Source: an uncultured Candidatus Saccharibacteria bacterium (GTDB lineage: Bacteria > Patescibacteriota > Minisyncoccia > UBA6257 > GWB1-50-10). Taken from it: 64,000 nucleotides of DNA. The stretch is taken from the NCBI GenBank assembly GCA_964356375.1, contig CAYHGT010000001.1, forward strand, positions 9,221 through 73,220, in the 5' to 3' direction. Position 1 is the first letter of the stretch. Each line of letters starts with the position of its first letter. Below are positions 35,918 through 45,439 of the stretch, piece by piece. The translations under genes and the position numbers were made by a program. The notes below the pieces were generated by a model. The model was not told where the DNA came from, did not search any database, and saw only the letters and a program-made list of their open reading frames with translations.

Positions 35918-36220
35918 ATGAAACTTAAACCACTATCTAATAGAGTTCTTATTGAGGCGGTCGCGGAAGAGGCAAAAGCAACAAAGTCAGGGATTGTATT
36001 GCCTGATAGTGCCGACAAGAAAAAACAGAGTAAGGGCGTGGTAGTTGCGGTAGGTGACGGACGAGTAAATGATAAGGGCGAACGTCAGCCGATGAGTGTG
36101 AAAATCGGCGACAAAGTACTTTTCAAGGAACCGTGGTCCGACGAGAGCAAGATTGAGGAAGACGGAAAAAAACTTTTTTTGGTTGAGGAAGATGATGTAT
36201 TAGCAACAATAATTGATTAA
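35918..36220 (+). CDS. groS: Co-chaperonin GroES
   Basis: LKPLSNRVLI, TKSGIVLP, VVAVGDG. Confidence 0.96.
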   Translation: MKLKPLSNRVLIEAVAEEAKATKSGIVLPDSADKKKQSKGVVVAVGDGRVNDKGERQPMSVKIGDKVLFKEPWSDESKIEEDGKKLFLVEEDDVLATIID

Positions 36221-36226
36221 GAATTT

Positions 36227-37864
36227 ATGGCAAAACAAATTTTATTTAATGAGGAGGCGCGCGTCGCAATGAAAAAGGGTATTGATAAGCTTGCGCAGGC
36301 AGTCAAAATGACACTCGGTCCTCGCGGAAGAGCGGTGGTTATTGAAAAAGGATATGGAGCGCCACAAGTTACATTTGATGGTGTGACGGTTGCAAAAGAG
36401 ATTGAGCTTGAAGACAAGTATGAAAATCTTGGCGCGGAATTTATCAAGCAGGCCGCGGACAAGACAAACGACAATGTGGGTGATGGCACGACGACGTCGG
36501 TCGTGTTGGCGCACGCAATGATTGAAGAGGGCGAAAAAGCAATTCGCGAAAAAGGATTCAATGTCATTAGCCTTGCCGAAGAATTGAGGAGGGGTAGTGA
36601 GGAGGTTATCAGGGCACTTGAATCACAAAAAGAAGAAATTGATGACAATAAGAAAATTCGCGAAGTAGCCACACTTTCTGCGAAGGACGCCGAGATAGGC
36701 GTACTTATTGCTGAGGTAATGGATAAGGTTGGGCGCGAGGGCGTGGTCACCGTTGAGGATTCAAATACCGTGGGTAATTCGTACGAGCTTGTGGAGGGTA
36801 TGCAGTTCAATAACGGCTACATCTCGCAGTATATGGTGACGAATCAGGAACGCATGGAGGCGTCGCTTGATGAGCCGTATGTGCTCATAACTGATAAGAA
36901 AATCTCCTCAATTCAAGAAATTTTGCCTGTGTTGGAAAAGATTGTGGCGAGCGGAAAGAAGGAGCTCGTAATTATTGCTGAAGAAATTGATGGCGAGGCG
37001 CTTGCGACGCTTGTGGTGAATAAGATTCGCGGAATTTTCAATGTGCTTGGCGTAAAGGCCCCTGGGTATGGCGATCGCAAGAAGGAGATGTTGCAAGATA
37101 TCGCGGTCGTGACAGGCGCATCGCTTATTACCGAGAGCTTGGGTAGGAAATTTGAGAGCATTGAGCTTTCAGATTTGGGTCACGCACATCGCGTGGTGTC
37201 GGGTAAAGATAAAACGACAATCGTGGGTGGTTCGGGTGATAAGAAAGCGATTGATGAGCGGGTAAAACAACTGAAGGCCCAGCTCAAGAATGTAGAGACG
37301 GATTATGATAAGGAAAAATTGCAGGAACGCCTCGGCAAACTTGCGGGTGGCGTTGCGGTAATTAAAGTTGGCGCGCCTACTGAGTCAGCTCAGAAAGAAT
37401 TAAAACAGCGTGTGGATGACGCAGTATTTGCGACCAAAGCAGCAATGGAAGAGGGTATTATTCCTGGTGGAGGCATCGCGCTCTTTAATGTGTTTTCGCT
37501 TATCGTGAAACCAGGAAAACATCCGAGTCCGGCGGCCGAGGCGGCATATACGATTTTGAAAGTTGCAACAGAAGCACCACTTATTGCAATCGTCACGAAT
37601 AGTGGTGAGAATTCGGAAAAAGTTCTTGGCGAGCTTCGCGCGCGTTCCGAGAAAGACGCATGGAAGGGATTTAACGCATTCAAAAACGAGATTGAGGATT
37701 TGAAAGTAGCGGGTATTATTGACCCTCTGAAGGTCTCAAAGACCGCATTTATGAATGCCATTTCGGTAGCGGCAAATTATCTTACGATTGGCGCGGCAGT
37801 CACGGACATTCCCGAAAAGAAGGAAAAGATGTCAGGTGGAATGCCCAGAATGGGGGAGTACTAA
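36227..37864 (+). CDS. groL: Chaperonin GroEL
   Basis: TLGPRGR, GDGTTT, KAPGYGDRK, LAGGVAVIKVGA. Confidence 0.99.
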   Translation: MAKQILFNEEARVAMKKGIDKLAQAVKMTLGPRGRAVVIEKGYGAPQVTFDGVTVAKEIELEDKYENLGAEFIKQAADKTNDNVGDGTTTSVVLAHAMIEEGEKAIREKGFNVISLAEELRRGSEEVIRALESQKEEIDDNKKIREVATLSAKDAEIGVLIAEVMDKVGREGVVTVEDSNTVGNSYELVEGMQFNNGYISQYMVTNQERMEASLDEPYVLITDKKISSIQEILPVLEKIVASGKKELVIIAEEIDGEALATLVVNKIRGIFNVLGVKAPGYGDRKKEMLQDIAVVTGASLITESLGRKFESIELSDLGHAHRVVSGKDKTTIVGGSGDKKAIDERVKQLKAQLKNVETDYDKEKLQERLGKLAGGVAVIKVGAPTESAQKELKQRVDDAVFATKAAMEEGIIPGGGIALFNVFSLIVKPGKHPSPAAEAAYTILKVATEAPLIAIVTNSGENSEKVLGELRARSEKDAWKGFNAFKNEIEDLKVAGIIDPLKVSKTAFMNAISVAANYLTIGAAVTDIPEKKEKMSGGMPRMGEY

Positions 37865-37872
37865 AAAGTAAT

Positions 37873-37903
37873 AAAACACCCAGCCGATGGACGGGGTGTT
37901 TTT
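37873..37903 (+). terminator. Rho-independent terminator after groL
   Basis: aaaacaccc...gggtgttttt. Confidence 0.7.
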
Positions 37904-37951
37904 GTATATAATTTGAATTTTTGAGGATTCAGAGGTAAGGTGTAAGGGCAT

Positions 37952-38956
37952 ATGTTTATACGAAAAATTGGCATTGATTTAGGCACCACAAATACGCTTG
38001 TATTCCTGCCCGAAAAGGGCATCGTGATTAATGAGCCAACGGTCGTGGCGCTTCGCAAACCAGACAACACAGTGCTTGCGGTTGGTACAGAAGCAAAAGA
38101 AATGGTTGGTCGCACGCCAGACGACATCGTCACCTACCGACCACTGAAGGATGGTGTGATTGCGGAATATTATATTACACAGGCGATGCTCAAATATTTT
38201 ATTTCAAAGAGCATTGGTTCGTTTAATATTATTCGTCCCGAAGTTGTTATTTCAGTTCCTGCGGGAATTACGTCAACAGAGCATCGTGCGGTTATGAATG
38301 CGGCCAAGGAAGCGGGCGCGAAAGAAGTATATCTCGTGAAGGAACCACTTTTGGCGTCGCTTGGCGCTGGCATTCCGATTCACTCCGCAGAAGGAAACAT
38401 GATTGTAAATATTGGTGGTGGTACGACTGAGGTCGCGGTAATTTCCTTAGGTGGCATCGTCACGTGGTCTAGTTTGCGTGTCGCAGGAAACCGCCTTGAC
38501 AATGCAATAAGCGAATATATCAAGAAAAAATATAACTTGGCGATAGGTGAGAATACCGCAGAAAACATCAAGATTACCATAGGTACCGCGATGCAAAATC
38601 GTAATAAATTGGAGATGAAGATTCGCGGACGCGACCTCCATTCTGGGCTTCCGAAGGATATGATAATCAACTCAAATGAGGTTGCTGAAGCGATTAACGG
38701 CCATTTGGTAGATATTATGAATTCCGTGCAATCCGTCTTCAATGTGACACCTCCGGAACTCGCAGCCGACATTATGGAGAAGGGAATCATCTTGTCTGGT
38801 GGTAGTGCGCAGTTGCGCGACCTGGAGGAATTCTTTAAACGCTCGCTTGGCGTATCTGCATATGTTGCAGAGGAACCACTACTTTGTGTTGCAAAAGGTA
38901 CCGCAACTATTTTGAATCACTTAGACGTCTATAAGAGGACATTGTTAAGACGATAA
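37952..38956 (+). CDS. mreB: Rod shape-determining protein MreB/Mbl (paralog 1)
   Basis: [44 protein letters not shown]. Confidence 0.93.
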   Translation: MFIRKIGIDLGTTNTLVFLPEKGIVINEPTVVALRKPDNTVLAVGTEAKEMVGRTPDDIVTYRPLKDGVIAEYYITQAMLKYFISKSIGSFNIIRPEVVISVPAGITSTEHRAVMNAAKEAGAKEVYLVKEPLLASLGAGIPIHSAEGNMIVNIGGGTTEVAVISLGGIVTWSSLRVAGNRLDNAISEYIKKKYNLAIGENTAENIKITIGTAMQNRNKLEMKIRGRDLHSGLPKDMIINSNEVAEAINGHLVDIMNSVQSVFNVTPPELAADIMEKGIILSGGSAQLRDLEEFFKRSLGVSAYVAEEPLLCVAKGTATILNHLDVYKRTLLRR

Positions 38957-39720
38957 TGATTGGTCACGAAGCAATACAAAAGGCGTTTGAAAAACTTGTG
39001 CGCGAGCGCGCCTTAGGTCACGCATATCTTTTTTTTGGTGATGCGCAAATAGGAAAAGCATCGTTTGCGGAATGTATAGCATCACTCATTGAGCGCAGCA
39101 TATTTGAGAAATCTTCAGTACAGCTTCTTGATGCCACAACTTTCATTCAGAACGAGAAGGGAAATATTGGCATTGACGAGGTGCGCGATATAAAGCGATT
39201 TTTATGGCAGACGCCGTTTGTATCAACAAAACGTATTGTAATTATTGATGGCGCGGAAGCTCTCACTCCCGAAGCACAGGGGGCAATGCTAAAAATTGTT
39301 GAGGAGCCACCCGTGCACGGACTTATTATTTTTGTGACACATGACCCAAGCGCCATTCTTCCGCCACTTGTTTCGCGATGCGCAAAGATTTATTTTTCAC
39401 GCTTGAGCGCAGAACGAATTGAGGAATATTTGGTTCGTGAGCAGAAGATTCCTGTTGCCCGCGCACATATTATTGCAATAAAATCACACGGAAGAATCGG
39501 ACGAGCACTCCAACTTTTGAATAAGGATAGTGCGCCATCAGAAAATGTATCGGACAAGATTGCATACCGTATCCTAGCGCTTTGGGAAGATGGGGTGTTG
39601 AAGAATAGTGCAAAATTAGCATGGCTTTTGGAGCGGGAGTCGCTTGTGGCTCGCTATAACGTGAATCCGAATATACAGAAGAAAGCAGTTGAATATATCG
39701 CAGGTCGTTCCTATAATTAA
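38956..39720 (+). CDS. holB: DNA polymerase III delta' subunit
   Basis: IGHE, HAYLFFG, IGIDEVR, AQGAMLKIVEEPP, LPPLVSRC. Confidence 0.85.
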   Translation: MIGHEAIQKAFEKLVRERALGHAYLFFGDAQIGKASFAECIASLIERSIFEKSSVQLLDATTFIQNEKGNIGIDEVRDIKRFLWQTPFVSTKRIVIIDGAEALTPEAQGAMLKIVEEPPVHGLIIFVTHDPSAILPPLVSRCAKIYFSRLSAERIEEYLVREQKIPVARAHIIAIKSHGRIGRALQLLNKDSAPSENVSDKIAYRILALWEDGVLKNSAKLAWLLERESLVARYNVNPNIQKKAVEYIAGRSYN

Positions 39721-39745
39721 GTGGCAATCTATAAATTTTAACGGG

Positions 39746-40294
39746 ATGAATCCATTAGAAGAATTTAAAACAGGCATTGCGGGAGCAATACAGGAACTCA
39801 AAAAAGAAGTGGGTGGCGTTCGCGCAAACCGTCCATCCGCCGTCATTTTGGAAGATATTAAAGTAAATTATTATGGCGAACAAACGCCGATGAAACATCT
39901 TGGTTCCATCTCGGTACAGCCCCCTCGAGAACTTATCATTCAAATTTGGGACGCAAGCGCGGTAGCGCCCGCGGCAAAAGCAATTGAAAGCGCATCGCTC
40001 GGGCTCACGCCGAATACCGAAGGAAATACCATTCGCATTTTTCTTCCAGAGCTAAGCTCGGAGCGCCGCGAGGAGCTTAAAAAATATGTAAAAAAGATTG
40101 CGGAACAATTTCGTATTCAGGTGCGCCAGTTGAGGGATGTTGCGAACAAGCAAATTGAATCGCAGTTTGATGAGGGGGAGCTTGGGGAGGACCAAAAATT
40201 TAAATTAAAGGAGGATGTACAGAAGCACACAGAAACGACAAACAAGGAAATTGAGAAGATGGTAGATGCGAAGATGGTGGAAATTGATGAATAA
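39746..40294 (+). CDS. frr: Ribosome recycling factor
   Basis: VRANRPS, VNYYG, LPELSSERREEL, IRQLRD-like motif; ATG 39746. Confidence 0.93.
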   Translation: MNPLEEFKTGIAGAIQELKKEVGGVRANRPSAVILEDIKVNYYGEQTPMKHLGSISVQPPRELIIQIWDASAVAPAAKAIESASLGLTPNTEGNTIRIFLPELSSERREELKKYVKKIAEQFRIQVRQLRDVANKQIESQFDEGELGEDQKFKLKEDVQKHTETTNKEIEKMVDAKMVEIDE

Positions 40295-40297
40295 TTT

Positions 40298-41386
40298 ATG
40301 ATAACATTCATAGTCATTATCGGTCTTATAGTATTGATTCTTGCTCACGAGTTTGGGCATTTTATTGTCGCAAAAATATTTGGCGTGAAGGTGGAGGAGT
40401 TCGGTATTGGCTTTCCACCGCGCCTTTTTGGCAAACAAATCGGTGAGACGCTCTATAGCGTAAACCTCTTACCTCTTGGTGGGTTCGTGCGCATTAATGG
40501 TGAGGACGAGAAATTAGAAAAAGAAGAACATGAGAAAGATGATACGACCGATTCGTTGGCTACGAAACGGAGTTTTGCGCATCAAGCAATCTGGAAGCGC
40601 ACCATTATTTTAATCGCGGGCGTCACGATGAATATGCTTGTGGGCTGGATTATTTTCTCGGGCATTCTTATGATAGGGAGTCCCACTCATCTCGCCGTTA
40701 CCGAGGTGGCAAAAGATTCGCCAGCATATGTGGTTGGCATAAAACCAAACGATTTTATTATGAGCGCAAAACTTGGTGCGGTCTCGCTTGCCGACCCGAT
40801 TAAAGGAGATGATTTTATTATTGCAATGAAGCAAGTGGCGGGTGAGAAAGTTTCAATTGAGGTCTTGCGCGATGGAAAGACAACGGCGCTTGAAATAAAT
40901 TCACGTGCGAATCCGCCTGCGGGCGAAGGTTCGCTTGGCATCTCGCTTGCTGATGCGGGTGTCGCAAAGCAATCTTTTTTCAAGGCACTTGGGAATGGCT
41001 TTATGGTAGCGGTCACCATATTCTGGCTTACGCTGAAAGGATTCTTCTCGCTTATTGTGAGTATTTTTACAACGCCTGGAACTGCATTCCAGGGTGTTGC
41101 GGGCCCCGTGGGCCTGTTTGGTATTGCGGCACAGACAGGAAAAATGGGGCTTATTTATTTATTCCAACTTGTTGGGCTCATATCCGTAAATCTCGCAGTT
41201 TTGAATCTGATTCCGTTTCCAGCGTTGGACGGTGGAAGGATTTTCTTTCTCCTTATTGAAAAACTGAAAGGCAGTCCAGTATCCTATAAGATACAGAGAG
41301 TAGTGAATGCCGTAGGGTTTGTGGCGCTCATTCTTCTTATGGTTTTTGTAACCATTAATGACGTAGGAAACATAATGCGTAAGTAA
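40298..41386 (+). CDS. rseP: Site-2 (M50) intramembrane metalloprotease with a PDZ domain
   Basis: AHEFGHF, EFGIGFPP, LPLGGFV, NLIPFPALDGG. Confidence 0.93.
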   Translation: MITFIVIIGLIVLILAHEFGHFIVAKIFGVKVEEFGIGFPPRLFGKQIGETLYSVNLLPLGGFVRINGEDEKLEKEEHEKDDTTDSLATKRSFAHQAIWKRTIILIAGVTMNMLVGWIIFSGILMIGSPTHLAVTEVAKDSPAYVVGIKPNDFIMSAKLGAVSLADPIKGDDFIIAMKQVAGEKVSIEVLRDGKTTALEINSRANPPAGEGSLGISLADAGVAKQSFFKALGNGFMVAVTIFWLTLKGFFSLIVSIFTTPGTAFQGVAGPVGLFGIAAQTGKMGLIYLFQLVGLISVNLAVLNLIPFPALDGGRIFFLLIEKLKGSPVSYKIQRVVNAVGFVALILLMVFVTINDVGNIMRK

Positions 41387-41388
41387 TT

Positions 41389-41523
41389 ATGAGTCCCGTT
41401 AAAGTTTTATGTCCCTACGGGACATCTCCCGCAGGGAGACAAACTTGTACAACGGGAGTCGTAAAAAAACAAGAAATCATAGATAATAAAAATAACAAAC
41501 CAACAAAAACTCTAACTGGATGA
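41389..41523. mobile_element. ATGA-CCCGTT...TCTAACTGG-ATGA element at the proS start, with a nested double-hairpin element
   Basis: Imperfect IR tcccgttaaagtttt / aaaactctaactgga; nested tgtccctacgggacatctcccgcagggagacaa at 41410-41442. Confidence 0.75.
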
Positions 41524-43223
41524 AACAATCAAAATATTTTCTAAAAACAAGCAAGACATTTTCCGAGGAGGACAAAATTGTTTCATCAAAATTATTGAAG
41601 CAAGCGGGATTCATTCAGGAGTCCGTTGCGGGCAGATATTATTTTTTGCCGATTGGCCACAAGGTTCAGCAGAAAATCATGAGCGTTATTAAGGAGGAGA
41701 TGGATGCTGTGGGCGCGCAAGAAATGATTGTGCCAACTCTGCATCCCTTGGAATTGTGGAAGGAGACAAATCGCACGCACACAACAGGGTTTGAGCTTAC
41801 GAAGGTAAAAGACAGGCGAGGTTCGGAATTTGCGCTTGGTGGGACGGCCGAAGAAATGTTTGTGGATTTGGTTCGCAAGTATCAGTTGAGCTACAAGGAT
41901 TTGCCGTTTCAGCTGTATCAATTTTCCAATAAATTTCGCGATGAACTTCGTGCGCGTGGAGGTCTTTTGCGCGTGCGCGAATTTATTATGAAGGACGCCT
42001 ACTCATTCCATAGGAACGAAGAGGATTTTAAGCTTATGTACGAACAAATGAAGAAGACGTACTCGCGCATTTTTGAACGAATGGGTGTGCAGACGATTGC
42101 GGTTGAAGCCGACAATGGGTATATTGGCGGGGAATACAGTCACGAATTTATTGTAGAATCCGAAATCGGCGAGAGCAGATACTTTGTGTCTGAGGACGGT
42201 GCGTATGCGGCGAATGAGGATGTCGCAAAATTCAAACGAAATCCCGCAAATGCAAACGAGGAGCAAAAATCATTTGAAATAATTGAACAACCGATGTGGG
42301 TAGAGACGATGGATGATAATGTAAAGCACTACAAGAAAGACGGGGGCAATTTCTTGAAGAACGTTGTCTATAAAAATAGCAGAACGGGAGAAATCATCAT
42401 CGCGGTTGTAACGGGCGATTTGGAAGTCAATAAAACAAAGCTTGAAAACGTATTGAAGGCAGTGGGCCAGCTTGTCCATGCGGAGGATGCGGATCTCACA
42501 GCGCTTGGCACAAAGAGCGGATATGTGCATTGCTGGGGTCACAAAGGTGCGCGCTACATTGGCGATATTGTATTGAAAGATGCTCGCAATTTGATTGGCG
42601 GTCAGAAAGAAGAAAAGACCGATTCTATAAATGTAAATTACGGCCGTGATTTCACGTGTGAGATGCTTGCCGATATTACAATGGCAAAGCCGGGGGACCT
42701 TTCGGAAGTGGGAAGCGCATTGCAAGAAGGACGCGGTATTGAGGTGGGTAATACGTTCCAACTCGGATTCCACTATACGAATCTTATGAAGGGCGCGAAT
42801 TATCGCGATGAGGATGGCGTAGAGAAGCCCTATTATATGGGATGCTATGGCATTGGCGTGGGTCGCACGATGGCAGCGCTTGTTGAGAAGTTTAATGATG
42901 AGAAAGGCATCATCTGGCCGAAAGTCATCGCACCGTTTGACGCACATCTCATTTTGCTTGGTAATATAACACCTGATTTGAAAAATGCAGCAGAAGGGTT
43001 ATATACTTCGCTTAGGAGTAAGGGGATTGATGTGCTCTATGACGATAGGGATGGCCTGTCTGCGGGAGAGAAGTTTTCTGACGCCGACCTTATCGGAATC
43101 CCAGTAAGAATTGTTATAAGCGCAAAAACGCTTGCGGGAGGAAAGTATGAAGTAAAATTGAGAAATGAGAAGGATGCAAATCTGGTAACGGAAGAGGAAC
43201 TACTGAAACTCATTCAAAAATAA
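41520..43223 (+). CDS. proS: Proline--tRNA ligase
   Basis: FRDELRARGGLLRVREFIMKDAYSF, GIEVGNTFQLG, MGCYGIGVGR. Confidence 0.97.
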   Translation: MKQSKYFLKTSKTFSEEDKIVSSKLLKQAGFIQESVAGRYYFLPIGHKVQQKIMSVIKEEMDAVGAQEMIVPTLHPLELWKETNRTHTTGFELTKVKDRRGSEFALGGTAEEMFVDLVRKYQLSYKDLPFQLYQFSNKFRDELRARGGLLRVREFIMKDAYSFHRNEEDFKLMYEQMKKTYSRIFERMGVQTIAVEADNGYIGGEYSHEFIVESEIGESRYFVSEDGAYAANEDVAKFKRNPANANEEQKSFEIIEQPMWVETMDDNVKHYKKDGGNFLKNVVYKNSRTGEIIIAVVTGDLEVNKTKLENVLKAVGQLVHAEDADLTALGTKSGYVHCWGHKGARYIGDIVLKDARNLIGGQKEEKTDSINVNYGRDFTCEMLADITMAKPGDLSEVGSALQEGRGIEVGNTFQLGFHYTNLMKGANYRDEDGVEKPYYMGCYGIGVGRTMAALVEKFNDEKGIIWPKVIAPFDAHLILLGNITPDLKNAAEGLYTSLRSKGIDVLYDDRDGLSAGEKFSDADLIGIPVRIVISAKTLAGGKYEVKLRNEKDANLVTEEELLKLIQK

Positions 43224-43228
43224 GAACT

Positions 43229-44251
43229 ATGATATTCAAGAAATTTATTGGAATAGATTTGGGAACTGATACTACGCAGATTTATCTGAAAGGAGTGGGT
43301 GTGGTAGTGAACGAGCCAACCATCGTAGCATTCAATAATAGAACGGACCGCGTGGTGGCAGTAGGTTCAGAGGCGAAGAAAATGCTTTCGCGTACACCTT
43401 CACACATCACTGCGATTCGTCCTATCAGCAATGGTGTGATTGCCGATTTTGATATGGTTAAAGAAATGCTCCAACATTTCTTGAAAAATGAGAAGATTCC
43501 ATGGTCCTGGATGACACATACGATTGTGAGTGTTCCTACCAATCTCACTGAGGTGGAGCGCAAATCAGTGGAGGATTTATTGAAGGAAAGCGGGGCAAAT
43601 ACCGTGCATCTTATTGAACAACCGCTTGCCGCGGCGTTTGGAAGTCGGCTTGATATTAATATGCCATCCGCATTTTTGGTGGTTGATATTGGAGCAGGTA
43701 CGACTGACATGGCAATTATTTCTATGAATGGCGTAGTGGTTTCAAATCGCTTAAAGATAGCGGGCGACTTTTTAAATAACGAGATTATTAAGGGCGTGCG
43801 TGATGAGTTGCGCCTACATATTGGAGAACCGACCGCAGAAGAAATTAAAATTGCGGTAGGTTCCGCAATACCGACGGGGGAGCGGTTAGAACTCGTAATT
43901 CGCGGACGCGATGTGGGAAATGGGTTACCGCGCGAGATTACAATACGCGACACACAGGTACGTATGTGGCTTGTGCGTCCTTTGAAGCTAGTCATTGAAG
44001 CATTGAAAGATTTGATTGAGTCCGCACCGCCGGAACTCGTTGGTGATATTTATAAAAACGGAATGTATTTCTGCGGAGGTGGTAGTTTGTTGCGAGGTAT
44101 TGACCAGGTTGCGGAGAAAGAGATTGGGGTCAATGTGCAGATTGTAGAGGATCCGCTTGCGTGCGTTGCGCGCGGTACAGGTCTTATCTGTGAACAGTTT
44201 GAAGAGCACAAACACCTTTTGAATAATTTCTCCCGTTTAAAACTTAACTAG
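43229..44251 (+). CDS. mreB: Rod shape-determining protein MreB (paralog 2, in the mreBCD-mrdA operon)
   Basis: IGIDLGT, RPISNGVIADF, DIGAGTTD, APPELVGDI. Confidence 0.93.
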   Translation: MIFKKFIGIDLGTDTTQIYLKGVGVVVNEPTIVAFNNRTDRVVAVGSEAKKMLSRTPSHITAIRPISNGVIADFDMVKEMLQHFLKNEKIPWSWMTHTIVSVPTNLTEVERKSVEDLLKESGANTVHLIEQPLAAAFGSRLDINMPSAFLVVDIGAGTTDMAIISMNGVVVSNRLKIAGDFLNNEIIKGVRDELRLHIGEPTAEEIKIAVGSAIPTGERLELVIRGRDVGNGLPREITIRDTQVRMWLVRPLKLVIEALKDLIESAPPELVGDIYKNGMYFCGGGSLLRGIDQVAEKEIGVNVQIVEDPLACVARGTGLICEQFEEHKHLLNNFSRLKLN

Positions 44252-44292
44252 TACGCGGTTTTTTGTATTTTTAGCGAATTTCCATTTGTACA

Positions 44293-44982
44293 ATGAAAAC
44301 ACTCAAGGGTTTTTTCAAAGCATTTGTTCTTATTGCAATCTTTGTGGTTATATTTTTTTTCCGCAACGAGGCGACGAGCGCACTCTCTTGTGTCCGTGGT
44401 TTCTTTGTAAGCTTTTTCCACTCGGCTGATTATCGTACATTTGCGGATATGAAGACCGAAAACATTTCTCTCAAAAAGGAACTTGAAAAACTGCGGGTCC
44501 TTGAGGCAAGAGATAAATCGCAATTTTTAGAGGCGCGCGTATATTCGCGCTATCCATTTAGCGACAAAAATATAATTGTGTTGGATAAGGGCACGGCGGA
44601 TGGAGTGACCGAAGGTATGCCAGTTTTGGTAAAGAAAAACATTCTTTTGGGAAAGATAAAAAGTGTTCGCCAATTTCAGAGTGAGGTGGTAACTATTTTT
44701 GACCCTGATTGGAAATCAACCGTGTCCATTGGGAGTAGTCACGTGAAGGCGGTTTTGCGTGGAGCGAACACGTTGCGCGCGGAGCTTATCCCGAAAGATG
44801 CAAATTTGAAATTGGGTGATGAGGTGCAGAATATTGCGCAAGAATTACCAATTGGATTCTTGGTCGGTGTTATACGCGCAACATCAACGGATGATAAAAA
44901 GATCTGGCAACTCGCAACTATTGAGGCGCCATTCTCCGTGGAAGAAATTGACTCAGTGCTTATTATGACTAATTTCAAGTGA
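44293..44982 (+). CDS. mreC: Rod shape-determining protein MreC
   Basis: TM, coiled coil, LDKGTADGVTEGMPV, LLGKI; gene order. Confidence 0.9.
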   Translation: MKTLKGFFKAFVLIAIFVVIFFFRNEATSALSCVRGFFVSFFHSADYRTFADMKTENISLKKELEKLRVLEARDKSQFLEARVYSRYPFSDKNIIVLDKGTADGVTEGMPVLVKKNILLGKIKSVRQFQSEVVTIFDPDWKSTVSIGSSHVKAVLRGANTLRAELIPKDANLKLGDEVQNIAQELPIGFLVGVIRATSTDDKKIWQLATIEAPFSVEEIDSVLIMTNFK

Positions 44983-44986
44983 TTCT

Positions 44987-45439
44987 ATGACATTCTTTAA
45001 TAGATTTTTTATATTTTTTCTCCTTGCAACCTTTGCCATTTTTATTGAGCGAAGCGGTTTTTTAAATATTGGCGGGGTGGTGCCAAATCTTTTGCTGATG
45101 CTTTGCATCGCGCTTATCATATCTCATGAACGAATTGGAATGATGGTGGCGCTTTTTTCTGCCGTACTCCTCTCCGCGTTTTTCGTTGATCCATTTTGGA
45201 TGATAGAATTCGGAATTCTCGGAGTTATTGTATTACTTATTACACTCACTAAAAAAAGATTCACGGGAAATAATACAGCCGATATTTTTATTATGGTGCT
45301 TGTTGGCGAACTCCTTTTTTATGGAACCCTCTCACTTATTCACGGTTCAATGGTTTCTTTGCTTACCATTGCATATGAGTTTGCGTATACTGTGGCAATT
45401 GGAATTCCGTTGTGGTTTGTGGGTAAGCGTTATTTATAA
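44987..45439 (+). CDS. mreD: MreD-like membrane protein
   Basis: Hydrophobic, GGVVPNLLL motif, lies between mreC and mrdA. Confidence 0.7.
   Translation: MTFFNRFFIFFLLATFAIFIERSGFLNIGGVVPNLLLMLCIALIISHERIGMMVALFSAVLLSAFFVDPFWMIEFGILGVIVLLITLTKKRFTGNNTADIFIMVLVGELLFYGTLSLIHGSMVSLLTIAYEFAYTVAIGIPLWFVGKRYL

Noticed and set aside
37952-44251. Two mreB paralogs
   Set aside because: Multiple MreB/Mbl paralogs are well known in monoderm lineages
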